Of a DNA stretch of 64,000 nt, positions 51,071 through 64,000 are shown piece after piece. The DNA is taken from the NCBI GenBank assembly GCA_976551045.1, contig CDPCPM010000077.1, positions 2,108,001 through 2,172,000 on the forward strand, given 5' to 3'. A program made the translations under genes and the position numbers. Under the pieces are notes generated by a model. The model was not told the DNA's origin. It searched no databases and saw nothing but the letters and a program-made list of their open reading frames with translations. Positions within the stretch are counted from its first letter, which is position 1, and every line of letters begins with the position of its first letter. Source of the DNA: Glaucostegus cemiculus (lineage: Eukaryota).

Positions 51071-54000
51071 TCGATGTCGCCATTCCATCTGCATAACTCA
51101 AGTTCCTCATCCTCCTGCACCCTCTCCAAAGCCTTCAAAGAGTGCCGCCTAGAACTGAACACAGTACATCAGTTGTGGCTGAACCAGTGTTTTATAAAGC
51201 TTTACTGTGACTTCATCTGTTCCTGTGATCTCTACCTCTGTTTATAATGCCTGTATCTCTTTACCTACTTTCTCAACTCACCCTGTCACTTTCAACAAAC
51301 TATGTGCATATACCACGAGATGTTAACCCTTTTAGAAATGAGCTCTTATATTATGTTGCATCTTTTCCTTCCTACCAAAATGTAACAATTCACAATTCAC
51401 AACATTAAATTTGATCTGGCACCTATCTGCTCCTTGGTACCTGTCTATATCTCCTTTAAGTTTGGAAACATAAGAGACTGCAGTTGCTGGAATCTGGAGC
51501 AAAAAAATGAGCTGCTGGAGGAACTCAGCAGGTCGGGCAGCACCTACAAAGGGATAGTCAACATTTTGGGTCAAGGCCCTTAATCTGGACTGAAAGAGTG
51601 GAGGGAAGTTAGCCAGTATAGAGTGGTGAGGCTGACAGCTGGGGCAAGAGGTCGCAAGCAATAGGTGGATCCAGGGAAGGAGGGGATAAAGGGCAGATGG
51701 AGCCACTAGGGGAGGGAAGGGTGGAGATAGTGACAGAGGCTGGGAGGTGGTAAGTGGAGGCAACAAAGGGCTGCAGGTTGTGGGACCTGAAAGGAAGGAA
51801 GGTGAAGAGGAACCAAATAAGGAAGGTATGGTGAGCAGATGGGAACTGGAAGTTTATTACTTTGATCCTCTGTTCAAATTTTTACCAAGTTTTAGTCGCA
51901 GAATTTTTAAAATTCATTAAATTCAAGAACATTATTATTTAATGTCACACAGTACCAAGTTTCAAAAATTAAAATTCAGTTTTTCTCTACAGCATTTTCC
52001 AAACTTCAGAAAAGGTGGACACGAATATTAAGAATCCATTTGGTGTGTATGAAGTTGTTAACAGTGACTGGAACCTGATGCAGAGATAGCTGAACCTGAT
52101 CCAACACAGAGTATTAATTATACATTGTTTAACAGCTAAAACAGTGACCACACTTTAACTTGGGTTTATTATATAATAAATTCTTCTTGCTTTTCCCCAT
52201 CACATTCACTTCCCCACTTCATTGACATTGTGGAATATTCTCTTCATCTTTGACCAACTCTTACCAGAAAACTGTCATCAGTTCTTGCAGGTGGAATCAA
52301 CACAGATCAATGATTCAGTAAACATAATCTTTTTATGCATGATTTTTGCTATGAAAACCACTGAAATTGTTAAATCTCATTGAAGGAGATGCATCTGAGT
52401 TTTTAGCAGCACTCATAATTATCATTGAACAATCCCTCTCCTCTCGAAAACTAATGTTATAAATGCACAATGTCAAACCACCAGAAATAATATTTAAAAT
52501 TGCTTTTAAAAACATCAAATATTAATATTTTTATAATTGTTTTAATGTAATGAGCTTTATTATTTTATTCAGTAAACTACAAATTATAATCTATACTTGG
52601 TTTACCCTTTGATTTGCTGTGCGAATTCTGATTGGTTAGTCTGCTTGTTTAATGACATCACTGTGGTTGAACATTCCAGTTGCCTATAGATGGCAGTGGA
52701 TTGGAATTCACATCATAACAGGGAATATCATTGTTATAGATACCTGTCAGCTGCTTCCTTTATGGGATCATGACTAGCCTTGTTCCTTCATTACTCATCC
52801 AAAACCCAGACTGTAATTGTTATCTTGATAATCAAAAAAACCCTGCAGATTCTGGAAATCTAAAATAAAAACAGAAAATACTGGAAATACTTAGGTAGTT
52901 TAGAGATGAGCAATACTGTGCATACGGAATAGGTCTTCAGGAGATAAACGTTTGAGGGATCAGAAGCTTGGCTCAGGATCCAATAGGCTATAGCAGTCTG
53001 GTTCAGTCTGAGTGGCCAGGAGGGGTTTGGAGGTGGTGGATAGGGAAGATTTAGAGGGATATACGTGGATAGGAAAAGTTTGGAAAGGTTAGATGGGGAT
53101 CTCGGTCAGCATGGGCCAGTTGGGACGAATAGCCTGTTTCCGTGCTGTAATGAATCTATAACTCAGCAGGTCAGACTGCATTTGTGGGGAGAGGAACAGT
53201 CAATGTGTCATGTGGAAGACACTTAGTCAGAACTGGGAAGGAAAGAAAAGGGGCTTGTTCGGCTTCAGGGAGGGTAGGGGAGAGAGGTTGTCTCTGATGG
53301 GGCTGACCTTTGCAACAAGCTGTAAGCAAGATTAGTCAATGAGTGAATGGGAGCATTGATGAAAGAATGTAGTAGTTATGAAATACTGAGCAGGAAGACA
53401 TACCTTATCTCGATGTTCACTGGGAAGTTATATAATCAGCATTACATCTCTCTGGATGTAAAACTGTGATCCTTTGGAGCAAGAGCACGCAGTTTCATCT
53501 TTCAAGCTTGTTCCACCATTTAGTGAAATCCAAAATAGTACCTGCTCTGCCTTCCCTCCCTACTCCACCCCACCCCACCCACCCATGTTCCTTAAACCTT
53601 GAATCTCCAAGAATAAAAGGCTTTTCATCTTAGAGAAACACACTTAGGAATGGAGAGTAACGAAGGGATGAAAATTATCATAGATCTATAGTTTAAAAAA
53701 ACTCCCTGCAGAAAACCTTTAGAATCAAAGATTATACTTCTAATAGGGAGACCCAAAGGCAATTTGTAGAAAGACAGCACAGATCTACCTATAAGCCATT
53801 GCAATTCAAAAGATATTCACTGCAGAAACATTTGGGATGTTCTATATTATTTAAATACAAATCAGCTTCTTTGTGCACTGTACTGTATGCCAAAGTCAGC
53901 TATGCAATGACTGATCTCCTGCTCCATTTATGGGCCTTTGCTTTACAGACCCAATCTCACCCCAGACTATAAATAGCAGTATATTCTTTATGAAGAGTCC

Positions 54001-54329
54001 AGATGAGAACAAAGAGTGCCTGGATTTTCTGTCTTGCACCCTGGCTCCACAGCAACTCTAGGGTTGGTCAGCAAAAGGTGAAAGTCCTTGAAGTTAAAGG
54101 CACTACATAAATTAACAATAGAGGCAAGAGTGCGTTACCTGGTCTCTACAGCCTGCCCCACCATCCCATGGCTGATCTACCAGGCCTCAACTCAGTTGAT
54201 CCCCATAACCTTCAATTTCCAGATCTTTCAAAAATAAATCCACCTCCTCTTTAAATACTTCTAATGATCTAGGCGCCACTGTCCTCTAAAGTAGAGAATT
54301 CTAGAGATTCATCACCTTCTGCAGGAAGA

Positions 54330-55015
54330 CCTTTCCCCTGTGAAAGAAGTGATTCAGGAAGCAGATTTTGGTAAAATGGGAGCATCAGGAAGCGGTCCAA
54401 ACTATGGCATGTAGAGGAAAAAATAGTGGAAACCATTCTATATCATTGCATGTACCGGATCTAGGAAACTCCTTATTCATTGTGTGCTGATAGCAGATCG
54501 AAGAGCCGCATCACAACTAGTCTTACTATCAGGTTAGGAAGGATAGAAAGTCAGAAGGATAACTACTCATTAATCAGTCCTGAAGTTGAGATGGCTGGAT
54601 CGATAACAAATTAAATACTCTGATCTGCCTGAAATCTGTTGGTCTTCCAGTACAAGATGTCTGTAAGGGAATGCTGCTACCTGGCACATTTCAGGTTGCA
54701 GGAATGCATTGAAGCATGGTTGGTACAGCCATTGCAAAAGTTTTGTGGGAAGGACCGAAGGTCCTGCTGCCACTAGCCATTTGAGGGCTGGGTCCTGTGT
54801 ACAAGCCTCTCAACACTTGGAGTTTGTATCATCCAAACAGGCCACGAGTGGCAATGATGCCTTGTATGTAGAACATGCTAAAACAACAAACGTATAGATT
54901 GAATAACACTGTGAATGTACAGACTAAACACTATGAATGCAAAGAAAGCATGAATTGATTTTTTTTATTTATATATATCACATGAATAAAGATTATTTTT
55001 GAATAAAATTAAAAC
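54330..55015 (+). mobile_element. Decayed Tx1/L1-like LINE 3' end
   Basis: About 54640-54710 encodes VFQYKMSVRECCYLAHFRLQE, resembling the Tx1-type ORF2 C-terminus; followed by AATAAA and an A-rich end. Confidence 0.5.
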
Positions 55016-55966
55016 ACCAATCGAGGTCAAAGCTGTTGTGTAACTATCCAATCATTGGATGCTCTTGTCCTATTCTGAAGAGCACTGACACCCAAAGGCA
55101 AGCTAACTCAGTAATGACCACAATAATGTTTTCCCCCCAATAGATAATGATTTAGATTCGAGTGACCCTCAGGTCAATTGCTTTGAACTGACCATCAGCT
55201 CCAGCTGAGAGGTTTACTCAGAGAGGGGATTGAACCATAAGCTTTCCCAACCTGTAGGCCTCTATAACCAGGCTTTCTTCTCTGTGCCATCAGAGAAAGC
55301 AAGGGCTTATCTTTTCTGATGTCCCCAGTGCATAAGCGTGAAGAATGTTGGTTTATTAAAAAATGTTAACATACTGCATTATTTTCATTTGATAACATGG
55401 ACCACAGGTTAAAGTTAACCTTTAAGTACTGAGTGTTAACAGTAATTTCAAACACTTTTCATTGCTGAATGCCAGGAATAGATTTTTCTTCCTTACCATC
55501 CAGAAAGTAAATTCACAACAGAAAATACTCTTATACTTTTTTAAAATTCATTTAAAGAATGTGGGTGCTGTTTGCAAAGCTAGTATTTATGACCCAGCAC
55601 TAATGGAACTGGATTGTTTTCTCATCCCATTCAGAGGACAGTTAAAAGTCAACACATTCCCAAGAGCCTGGAGTCACACATCACCCAGAACAGGCAAGGT
55701 CGGTAGATTTCCTTCCTTAAAAGGCATCAATGATACAGAATGGATTATAAACAACAAATCAGATAACTCCATGATCATGAAGACTGATGTTCGTTTATTT
55801 ATTCCAGATTTATTTAATTAAACTCTTAAGTGCTCTAACAGCAGTGACTGGATTTGAACAGCTCTGGATCAGCAGCCCAGGTGTCTAGATTTGTTTGTCC
55901 AGTGAAAGCTGGAATCATTTTTTTTTAGTTACAAAGTAAAAAAGAGCATAGGTTTGTGATATTAGT

Positions 55967-55972
55967 TTTATT
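55967..55972 (-). terminator. Candidate distal polyadenylation signal of PSMD3
   Basis: AATAAA on the minus strand about 260 nt after the stop. Confidence 0.45.
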
Positions 55973-56164
55973 GACCATATATTTTTCATAAGTAATTGTT
56001 TACAAGGTATAAAGGGACAAAGGTAGCTATTCCTAGGAAAACAACCGTGAATGAAGAGAAATAAATGTAGGTAAACATATGTCAAACCTGGACAGCGTAT
56101 AACACTCGCATTCTCAAACATGCTAACAGACTCGAGTCTATTAAATGGCTTCCACGATTCTGGT

Positions 56165-56170
56165 TTTATT
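56165..56170 (-). terminator. Candidate proximal polyadenylation signal of PSMD3
   Basis: AATAAA on the minus strand about 60 nt after the stop. Confidence 0.45.
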
Positions 56171-56231
56171 TATCTTTACTGTTTGTAGTTACAGTACTTC
56201 AAATGCCACAGAATCAATATCCTACACAGCC

Positions 56232-56309
56232 TCATGGGAATCCATCATCATCGTCCTCTGCCATTTCTTTCGCAAATTCCAGATCTTGCTGTTCACGTTC
56301 TCGCCTCTC
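56232..56309 (-). CDS. PSMD3: 26S proteasome non-ATPase regulatory subunit 3 (Rpn3), last coding exon
   Basis: cttccttacag/ then [25 protein letters not shown], matching the PSMD3 C-terminus; TGA at 56234-56232. Confidence 0.95.
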   Translation of the reverse strand, partial: ERREREQQDLEFAKEMAEDDDDGFP

Positions 56310-56360
56310 CTGTAAGGAAGATATTTAAAAGTATGTGCCATGTATTCACATAAATGTTAA

Positions 56361-57316
56361 GTCCCCTCCTGTACGCGTTCTTCACCTACGACTGTTCACC
56401 CAAACATGGTACAAATACCATAATTAAATTCGCAGATGACACAACAGTCATCGGCTTAATCTCCGACTGTGATGAGTCTGCGTACAGGGATGAGGTCGAC
56501 ACCTAACAGTCTGGTGTTCTACCAACAATCTTATCCTAAACACTAAGAAAACCAAGGAGATTGTGGTTGACTTCAGGAGGACGAGCAGAACAGAACTTGG
56601 CCCAGTGCTCATTGATGGCGAGGCAGTAGAGAGAGTTACAAGCTTCAAATTCCTGGGGACTCACATCACCGAAGACCTCTCCTGGGGAAATCACTCTACA
56701 TTAAGCACCAGGAAGGCGCAACAGTGTCTGTACTTCCTACGGCAGCTGAACAAGTATCAACTTGTCAACAGGTATCCTGGTCAATTTCTATAGGTGTGCG
56801 ATAGAGAGCATCCTGACATACAGCATCACTGCCTGGTATGCCAGCTGTACCAACAAAGAGAGGAAAGGCCTACAGCGGGTGATTGACATGGCACGGAAGA
56901 TCACAGGGGTGCGCCTACCCGCATTGGCGGACATTTATGAGTTCCGGTGTCTGAACAAGGCTACAAACATCATTAAGGACTCTACCCACCCGGCCCATCA
57001 CCTCTTCAGTCTGCTCCCCTCAAAGAAACACTTCAGGACATTCCACATATCCATGGCCAGATTGGGGAATAGCTTCTTCCCCAACGCCGTGAAAATCTTA
57101 AACGACTTTAAATTTCACAGATTGCACTAGCCCTTTCTTGCTGCTTCTCTCTCTCCCTCTAATACATCAAGTAAATCCTACAGTGTAAACTGTAACTTAA
57201 TTTATTCTCTATTTATTTAATATTTAAGTACTGTGCCTATTGTCTGACATGGGAGTGCCAATGAAATCTCGTTGTTCTGTTGTCTCAATGACAATAAAGC
57301 AATCTTGAATCTTGAA
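56361..57316 (+). mobile_element. Rex1/Babar-type LINE, 5'-truncated, in the last PSMD3 intron
   Basis: IIKFADDTTVIGLIS (RT core), VDFRR..FKFLGTHITEDLSW, NFYRCAIESILTYSITAWY..NSFFPNAV; aataaag then (atcttga)n tail. Confidence 0.9.
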
Positions 57317-58249
57317 TTTAAAAGGGCTTGTATCTATAAAGTGTTATAACACTGTACCATACTTCCCATACAATAAATTACACTTGAGGCACAAGAGATG
57401 CTGGAGTTTGGAGCAATAAACAAACTGCTGGAGGAACTCAGCAGATTAGGCAGCATCTGTAGAGGGAAATGGCCAGTCAATGGTTTGTAGTCGTTATGCA
57501 GTGAATCATTTAAGATGGGAATAGCTTGCATCCAGTTCACATGCAGAAAAATGCCAAAAGCAGCAAGGAAATTTGGATCAATTTATCTGTTCTTCTTTTA
57601 GCTAAACTAAATTCAGGGAGGAATGATGGCCGGAAGAAATAAGGAATCCAAACTGTGCCATGGGATCATTAACATTTACCCAGACGGCCAGAACTGGAAA
57701 ATGGGATGTGTTTCAAAGTCTCAGCTGAAGGGCAGCACCTCCAACTAGCAGCACTTCTTCAGCTGCCAACGCCTTTAATGCACTGAGCTCCGAAAGGTTA
57801 AATCCAGACCAGTTGATGCAAACATGCCCCCTTTGTTTTTCTAGAATTACCCTTATTAAAATCATGCTGAAGTTTTCTATTTCATCATAGTTGTAACTTA
57901 TTTCATAATTTATTCTTTTTTTTTATAAATTGTTCATTTTCCAAATTTCATTTGACACCCTTAACTTTAAATTGCACCATCAGCTCTTGAATTTGGTGCC
58001 AGCAGAGCTTTCCTTAATCTCAATTCGCCATGCCTATGAAAATCTTAAACACAACCAAGTCACAGGGAACGCAGTTTCCTCACGTTTCAGTCCTGTTAAA
58101 GTCAGGAATTATCATAACTAATGATAATTCCCCAGGGCATTCCCGGGTTCAACCAACAGCAGATTTGAACAAACTCCCATAACATTAAATTCAAAAGTCG
58201 AATGTGCGTATACACATTCATTCCTATGAACGGCAGAACGAGTATCCTC

Positions 58250-58900
58250 TTTCTCTCCATTTTTAGTAATTGTTCTTTCTTATCAATCTTATATGTTTAG
58301 GATGCCATTCACTACAATACTGTTGAGGTATGGTTACCTTATCGAGTCATTTCTGTGTATTTTGGACAAAATTGACCTAAGCACGTCTGTAAAGACAGAA
58401 CCCATTCATGACCCAGAGACAGCCTGTACATATTTCCCAATAGTGAAAACCCACACTAACCATAGGTGTAACTTCAACATTAGCCTCAGTCGCATCCTTA
58501 GCTCTACATACAATACTCGATTTGTTTCCATTAACAAACTATTCCCAGATCTCACTCTGTCATACAGACAATTACAATAAACCCCTCATTTATTCACTTT
58601 TATCTAATCTTGTGATTTTGTCCATTTTAAACTCCATCTGCAACTGCTCATGGCACCCAATTTGGTGTCATGCATAAAACCCAAAAAATCAAAACCAATC
58701 GCCCCAACACCATTCCACGACAGGTGACAGACTCCTTCTCACATTCTACTAACTTTCCGGAGTACTTTCTAATTATACTGGAATTCTGCCTGCAACTCTT
58801 GCCTTGGGAATGAACTTTCTGAATCAAGCCTGTTCTGTGGGACAATGCCTCCAGGTAGGTAATCTCCACTACTGTCTGTATAAAATAAATCTCTAATCTC
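58250..58900 (-). mobile_element. Very old CR1 RT remnant
   Basis: Minus strand retains DTKLG (about 58660) and QMEF..DK (about 58630). Confidence 0.45.
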
Positions 58901-59059
58901 CTCACAAAAATCTACTGGCTTGGTCTAGCTCTAAAGCAAGCTCTCCAACTACATCTTACAGGTGATCTGTCATCTTATCTCCCATTTAAATTTCAACACT
59001 TTTAAGCTTCAAACACGTTCCCCTTTATAACGCGTCACTTTCTTCAATGGATACCTCAC

Positions 59060-59110
59060 CTCTGCTGACTCCAGGTCTTTGTTGTATGACTTGGGTGGAA
59101 ATCGCATTGC
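59060..59110 (-). CDS. PSMD3: PSMD3 coding exon (51 nt)
   Basis: tttacag/ AMRFPPKSYNKDLESAE /gtgagg; phase 0-0. Confidence 0.95.
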
Positions 59111-59648
59111 CTGTAAATCAAAGGAGAACAGTGAGATTTCTAAACATTGAAAATAATAGATGTTCAAAACAATTCTGCTTTTATACCCTAATGTGATGGG
59201 ATTGCCCTGAGCAACAAAGCATCAGACTTTGGCCTCCTCTCAGACCTGCTGCCCTTCATCAGAAAGTGCTATGGACTCTCTAATAGCCAAGGCTATAAAC
59301 TGCATCCTTTGGATACATTTCCACATAGCACTTAGAGGCGTCCCTTGTGTGAACAGAAATACACACACACACATATGCAACTAGCAGTTGAAGGATGGCA
59401 CAAGGTTAATCTCTGCTGAGATAAAACACTGTCTTTGCAATCAACAGACCAAAACAGTAAATGATTGAGCTAATAAAAAAAAAACTGACCATAATTTCTA
59501 AAGATTGACTTGCACATCAATCTAATCTAACCAGGAAGAGCTCTAAATTTATTTTAATCTCAAAGTGATTTCCACATCACCCTCCTCATCTTGAAAAGTC
59601 AATTCAATGGAACTATGGAAAAATCAATAGTTGGGAATTGTGTCATAC

Positions 59649-59804
59649 TTTGACAGACATGTTGTGGATATCCAGACAGAAGGAGATTCTCTGGTGGAAG
59701 GCCAGCTGAGGTTCCCTTGTGCCATAAATATCGATGGTCTCTTTAGATTGTACATATCCTCGCTCATGGTTAATACTGGCCTCGATCACTCCATCACGAA
59801 TGGC
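59649..59804 (-). CDS. PSMD3: PSMD3 coding exon (156 nt)
   Basis: aaccag/ [52 protein letters not shown] /gtatga; phase 0-0. Confidence 0.97.
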
Positions 59805-60107
59805 CTGGTTAAAAAGAAAAAAGAACAGATTAAGATTATTTTCCCCCATTTTATCTCTTCTGCTTCTGAAAAGCCTGCCTCATGTTGGGGTAGTTACAAG
59901 AGTGCTAGATTGCCTCTATTATCTTAAGATGTCACCCCAAGTGAGAAAGTGACTGGATATTAGAATGCTTGAGGAGGCAAGGTCTTCAATAAACACAATG
60001 CCAACTGAGTCTTGTGTCCACTTTACAGCAGGTATTGTTAGTTAACAACAGACAGCAGGCAGTCTGGAATTATTTACATCCTACTTTTGTTTCTTCTCTT
60101 GTGTTCA

Positions 60108-60251
<144 letters not shown>

Positions 60252-60549
60252 TTACGCTTCATTATTTTAAAAAATCAATTACACTTTTGTAAGAAACACA
60301 AGTAAAACATTTCAGGCTTTTTGTTTTGAACAGATTGGCATTAAACAGAGGGAGTCAGACTTGTATACGAGTCATTGCAGCAGAGCGTATGATGTTAGTT
60401 TGGTGAATGCGTGCACCTGTACCAAGTCTCCTTCTGCAGCCCTGCTGGTTCTGTGCTCCTGCCTTCCCACTTTACTGTTTTCCTCTCTCAGGCTCTTAAT
60501 CTGCTTTGGCTTCTCCAACTCATAATCTGCTCCCACCCTTTCTCAGAAA

Positions 60550-61425
60550 TATAAGGCACGGAAACAGGCCCTTCAGCCCAACTGGTCCACGTTGACCAAC
60601 AGCCCATCCAAACTAGTCCCATTTGCCCACATCCCTCCAAACCTTTCCAATCCATGTACCTGTCCAACTGTCTCTTTAAAGTTGTTATTGTACCTGCCTC
60701 AACCACTTCCTCTGGCAGCTCATTCTAAATACTGACCACCTCTGGGTGAAAAAGTTGCCCGTTAGATTCCCATTAAATCTTTCCCCTCTCACAAACCTAT
60801 GCCTTCTAGTCCTTGATTCTCCAATACTGGGAAAAACTCTTGAGTGCATTCACCCTATCAATGCCCCTCAAGATTTTATATACCTCTATAAGATCACCTT
60901 TCAGTCTCTTGCAGTCCAAGGAATAAAGCCCTAAGCCTGTCCAACCTCTCCCTATAACTCTGTCCCCCAAGTCCTGACAATATCCTTGTAAACCTTTTCT
61001 GCACTCTTTCCAGTTTAGTAACACCTTTCCTATAGCAGGGTGGCCAAAACTGAACACAATACTCCAAGTGTGGCCTCACCAATCCCTTGTACAACTGCAA
61101 CTTCTATACCCAATGTCCTGACAGATGAAGACCAGCATGCCAAAACCCTTCTTCACTGCCCTATCTACCTATGACTCCACTTTCAGGGAACCATATACCC
61201 GAATTCCAAGATCCCTTTATTCTGCAGCACTTCCCAGCCCCTTCTGTTCACCATGCAAGTCCTACCTTGATTTGACTTTCCAAAATGCAACATTTCACAC
61301 TTGGATAAATTAAACATCATTTGCCATTCCTTGGCCCATTTAACCTAGCTGATAAGATCCCACTGTAATTCTTGATAACCTTCTTCACTGTCTATGATGT
61401 CATCTATTTTAGTGTCATCTGCAAC
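60550..61425 (-). mobile_element. CR1 LINE 3' fragment in a PSMD3 intron
   Basis: FADDTKI at about 61410; QLYKGLVRPHLEYCVQFWPPCYRK..LERVQKRFTR; KGDLIEVYKILRGIDRV. Confidence 0.9.
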
Positions 61426-62357
61426 TCTTTTCTTTGGATATTTTAAAGCAATGCCCATCCTTCTTTACATTGTTGGGAAAGGTGATCATCTCCTTACATT
61501 GTGCAGAAAGTGAAAAAATATCCACCACGCACTAAAATCAATTCTTTTTTACAATCAGGACAGTTATCCCATGAGTAACTGTGACTCCTGCAAAAAACAA
61601 AAAATCAATTTTCTCCCCTTCATACCTGCTGCCACTCACTGCCACAAGCAGCAAATTGGTGAACAAATCAAACAGTAACTCGTAAGAACAGAAGTTCAAA
61701 GACAGGCACTAATTTAATATGACAGAATGAGCGAGAAAAAAAGATAACAAACCAGGAAACTCTTGGGAACTTGAGAGTCAATTACTACCCACATGTTGTA
61801 TAAATGTAACTTCCCCTTCTTGTGAAATTATATCTTGGGTCCTTATTATATAGCTGATTAACTCTTTAATGTTGCATCATCAGATTGGATACAATTTAAA
61901 TACTGACTCCAACAAACTATTCTTTGTAATGTAGAGGAGCTGTTCAATCAATGCCTTCCTCTGTGCTCTGAAAGTACATCCACCAAAGTAAATGAACCAT
62001 TTCTCACACCATCAAACTTGTGTTCTGAGTGAAATTGCCAATGTAATGCTAGCTTTGGGTAGCTGTGCTGTGGTCTCATGTACACTAGGGTCTGGGTTGT
62101 TATGACTAGCAATATTTTCTAGAAAGACAAGTGTGCCCTAATATTTGTATATTTTTGGGATTAAGGTCACTGTATACACGTACAGAATTAGAAACTGGGT
62201 TATTTTCTCTTTCCCTTCTCAGGATCACTACAAGTCAACTATAGCTTCCCATCTAGAACGTCAGCTAAAATCAGCATGGACTGCGTATTAAACCTCAGCA
62301 CCACCTTAAGTAATACTTGTACTTGATTAAGGAATGCCAAGATATGACTGATCTTCA

Positions 62358-62693
<336 letters not shown>

Positions 62694-64000
62694 TCATTAT
62701 TGAGAACAGTATGACTGCAGTTTATCAAAGACTATCAATAAAGGAATTTACATAGAACATTGTTTAATTGAAAAAGAACCAGCTCAAGGAATAGGTCTGG
62801 TTAAACCTCGACAACTGTAGCATAAAGAGGAGTAACGTATTTTTACCAATGCAATGAAGAACAACAAATAGCAATATTATTAATAGCGATCTTATTCTGA
62901 TTAAAATAAATCAAAATTATTGGCAGTCATTGCAATCACATAATGCAGATACTTGAATTTCCAAGATCAAAACTTTGAAACGCATTAACTTTAGCATGAT
63001 TTATACTTAAATCAAGGCATTTGCTTTTAAGACCCACTGCTACTTGTACAAGATAACTTAAACCTGCCTTGCCATGACCAAGCTTGTTATTTTTGGGCTC
63101 ACTGTTGAGTGCCATTGAGCCTCAGGGTTAACAAAGATTAAATCCATGTGATAAATCTGCATAAAATACATTTCAAGTTGCTGAAGACAATGAGTGTTTG
63201 TTATCTTAATGTAGAATTTATCATCCATTACATTAATAGCACTAAAATGCACTAAAAACTCCAGATCCAATTTAGTTTCTATGAGAGACATCATTGTGAA
63301 ATCCTGGCCAAAAATATAAGATGTTCTTTTTATCAATAAGGCTGTTTTTAAAAATCACACTCAGGGAAGTCTAATCCAAAAGTTCTTAAGCTTTAGGGCT
63401 TGAAGGTCCATTTTTGTGTTGAACGTCAAGACCACAGGCTGAAAATGCTGCCAGCATTTTTGTGTACACAATGTGATTATATCTGTAGACTTCTCAGCAT
63501 GAGCAACAATGCCAAATGGAGCACAGTTGACAATGATTGAACAAAATTCTATGGTGCTTATGAGGATCCCAAGAACACCAAAACTGGTTTGAGAGCTTGA
63601 ACTTTGAGAGAGTTCAGCAATGAAAAGCCCCATTTTATCTAGGCCACTGCCACAAGTGGCATTCATTTGCCTCCGGGTAGGTGCCTTCTCTGACTATTTG
63701 AGACTGTTGATGATCCTCACCCCTACGCTCACTGTTCCACACACTCCATTGTCCATCATCCCTTCCCCCACCAATCATCTGCCCAACAAATCCCTATACA
63801 TGATCCAATCCACAACTCACTTTCTCCTCTCTGCAAAACAGCAGATTGTGAAGAAGGGCCTTAGGTAAATTAAAACATCCAAGCATCTTCATGTAGTGTG
63901 ATCCTTTCAGTAAGCCAAGCCAAGAATTGTTGCAGGAAAAATTTGGAGGAGCACTATTTAAGCATCTTTATTCACTGAGCTTTCAATTCCATGTTTAAGA

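Overview
Eukaryotic, repeat-rich vertebrate genomic DNA. The repeat set (CR1, Rex1/Babar, V-SINE and DeuSINE-type SINEs, Penelope-type palindromic repeats) points to a cartilaginous fish (inference). Two genes lie in tandem on the minus strand. The first is PSMD3 (proteasome lid subunit Rpn3), represented by its last five coding exons (62650 to 56232); the splice sites and phases join into the conserved C-terminus. The second, about 22 kb downstream, is a NAB-family EGR co-regulator gene with a GC/CpG-rich probable first exon and promoter near 33.1-33.85 kb and an 810-nt first coding exon (13727-12918) encoding NCD1 and the first part of NCD2. I could not find its later exons in the window. 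Everything else is intronic or intergenic and dominated by decayed retroelements. Best leads: (1) the NAB gene differs from both NAB1 and NAB2 and sits beside PSMD3, so it may be a third NAB ohnolog; (2) Penelope-type repeats carry a minimal hammerhead-ribozyme fold; (3) a decayed R2-like element lies outside rDNA; (4) the 810-nt exon is stop-free and flanked by inverted CR1 copies, making it a circRNA candidate. Family comparisons are from recalled sequences, not database searches, and TE boundaries are approximate.
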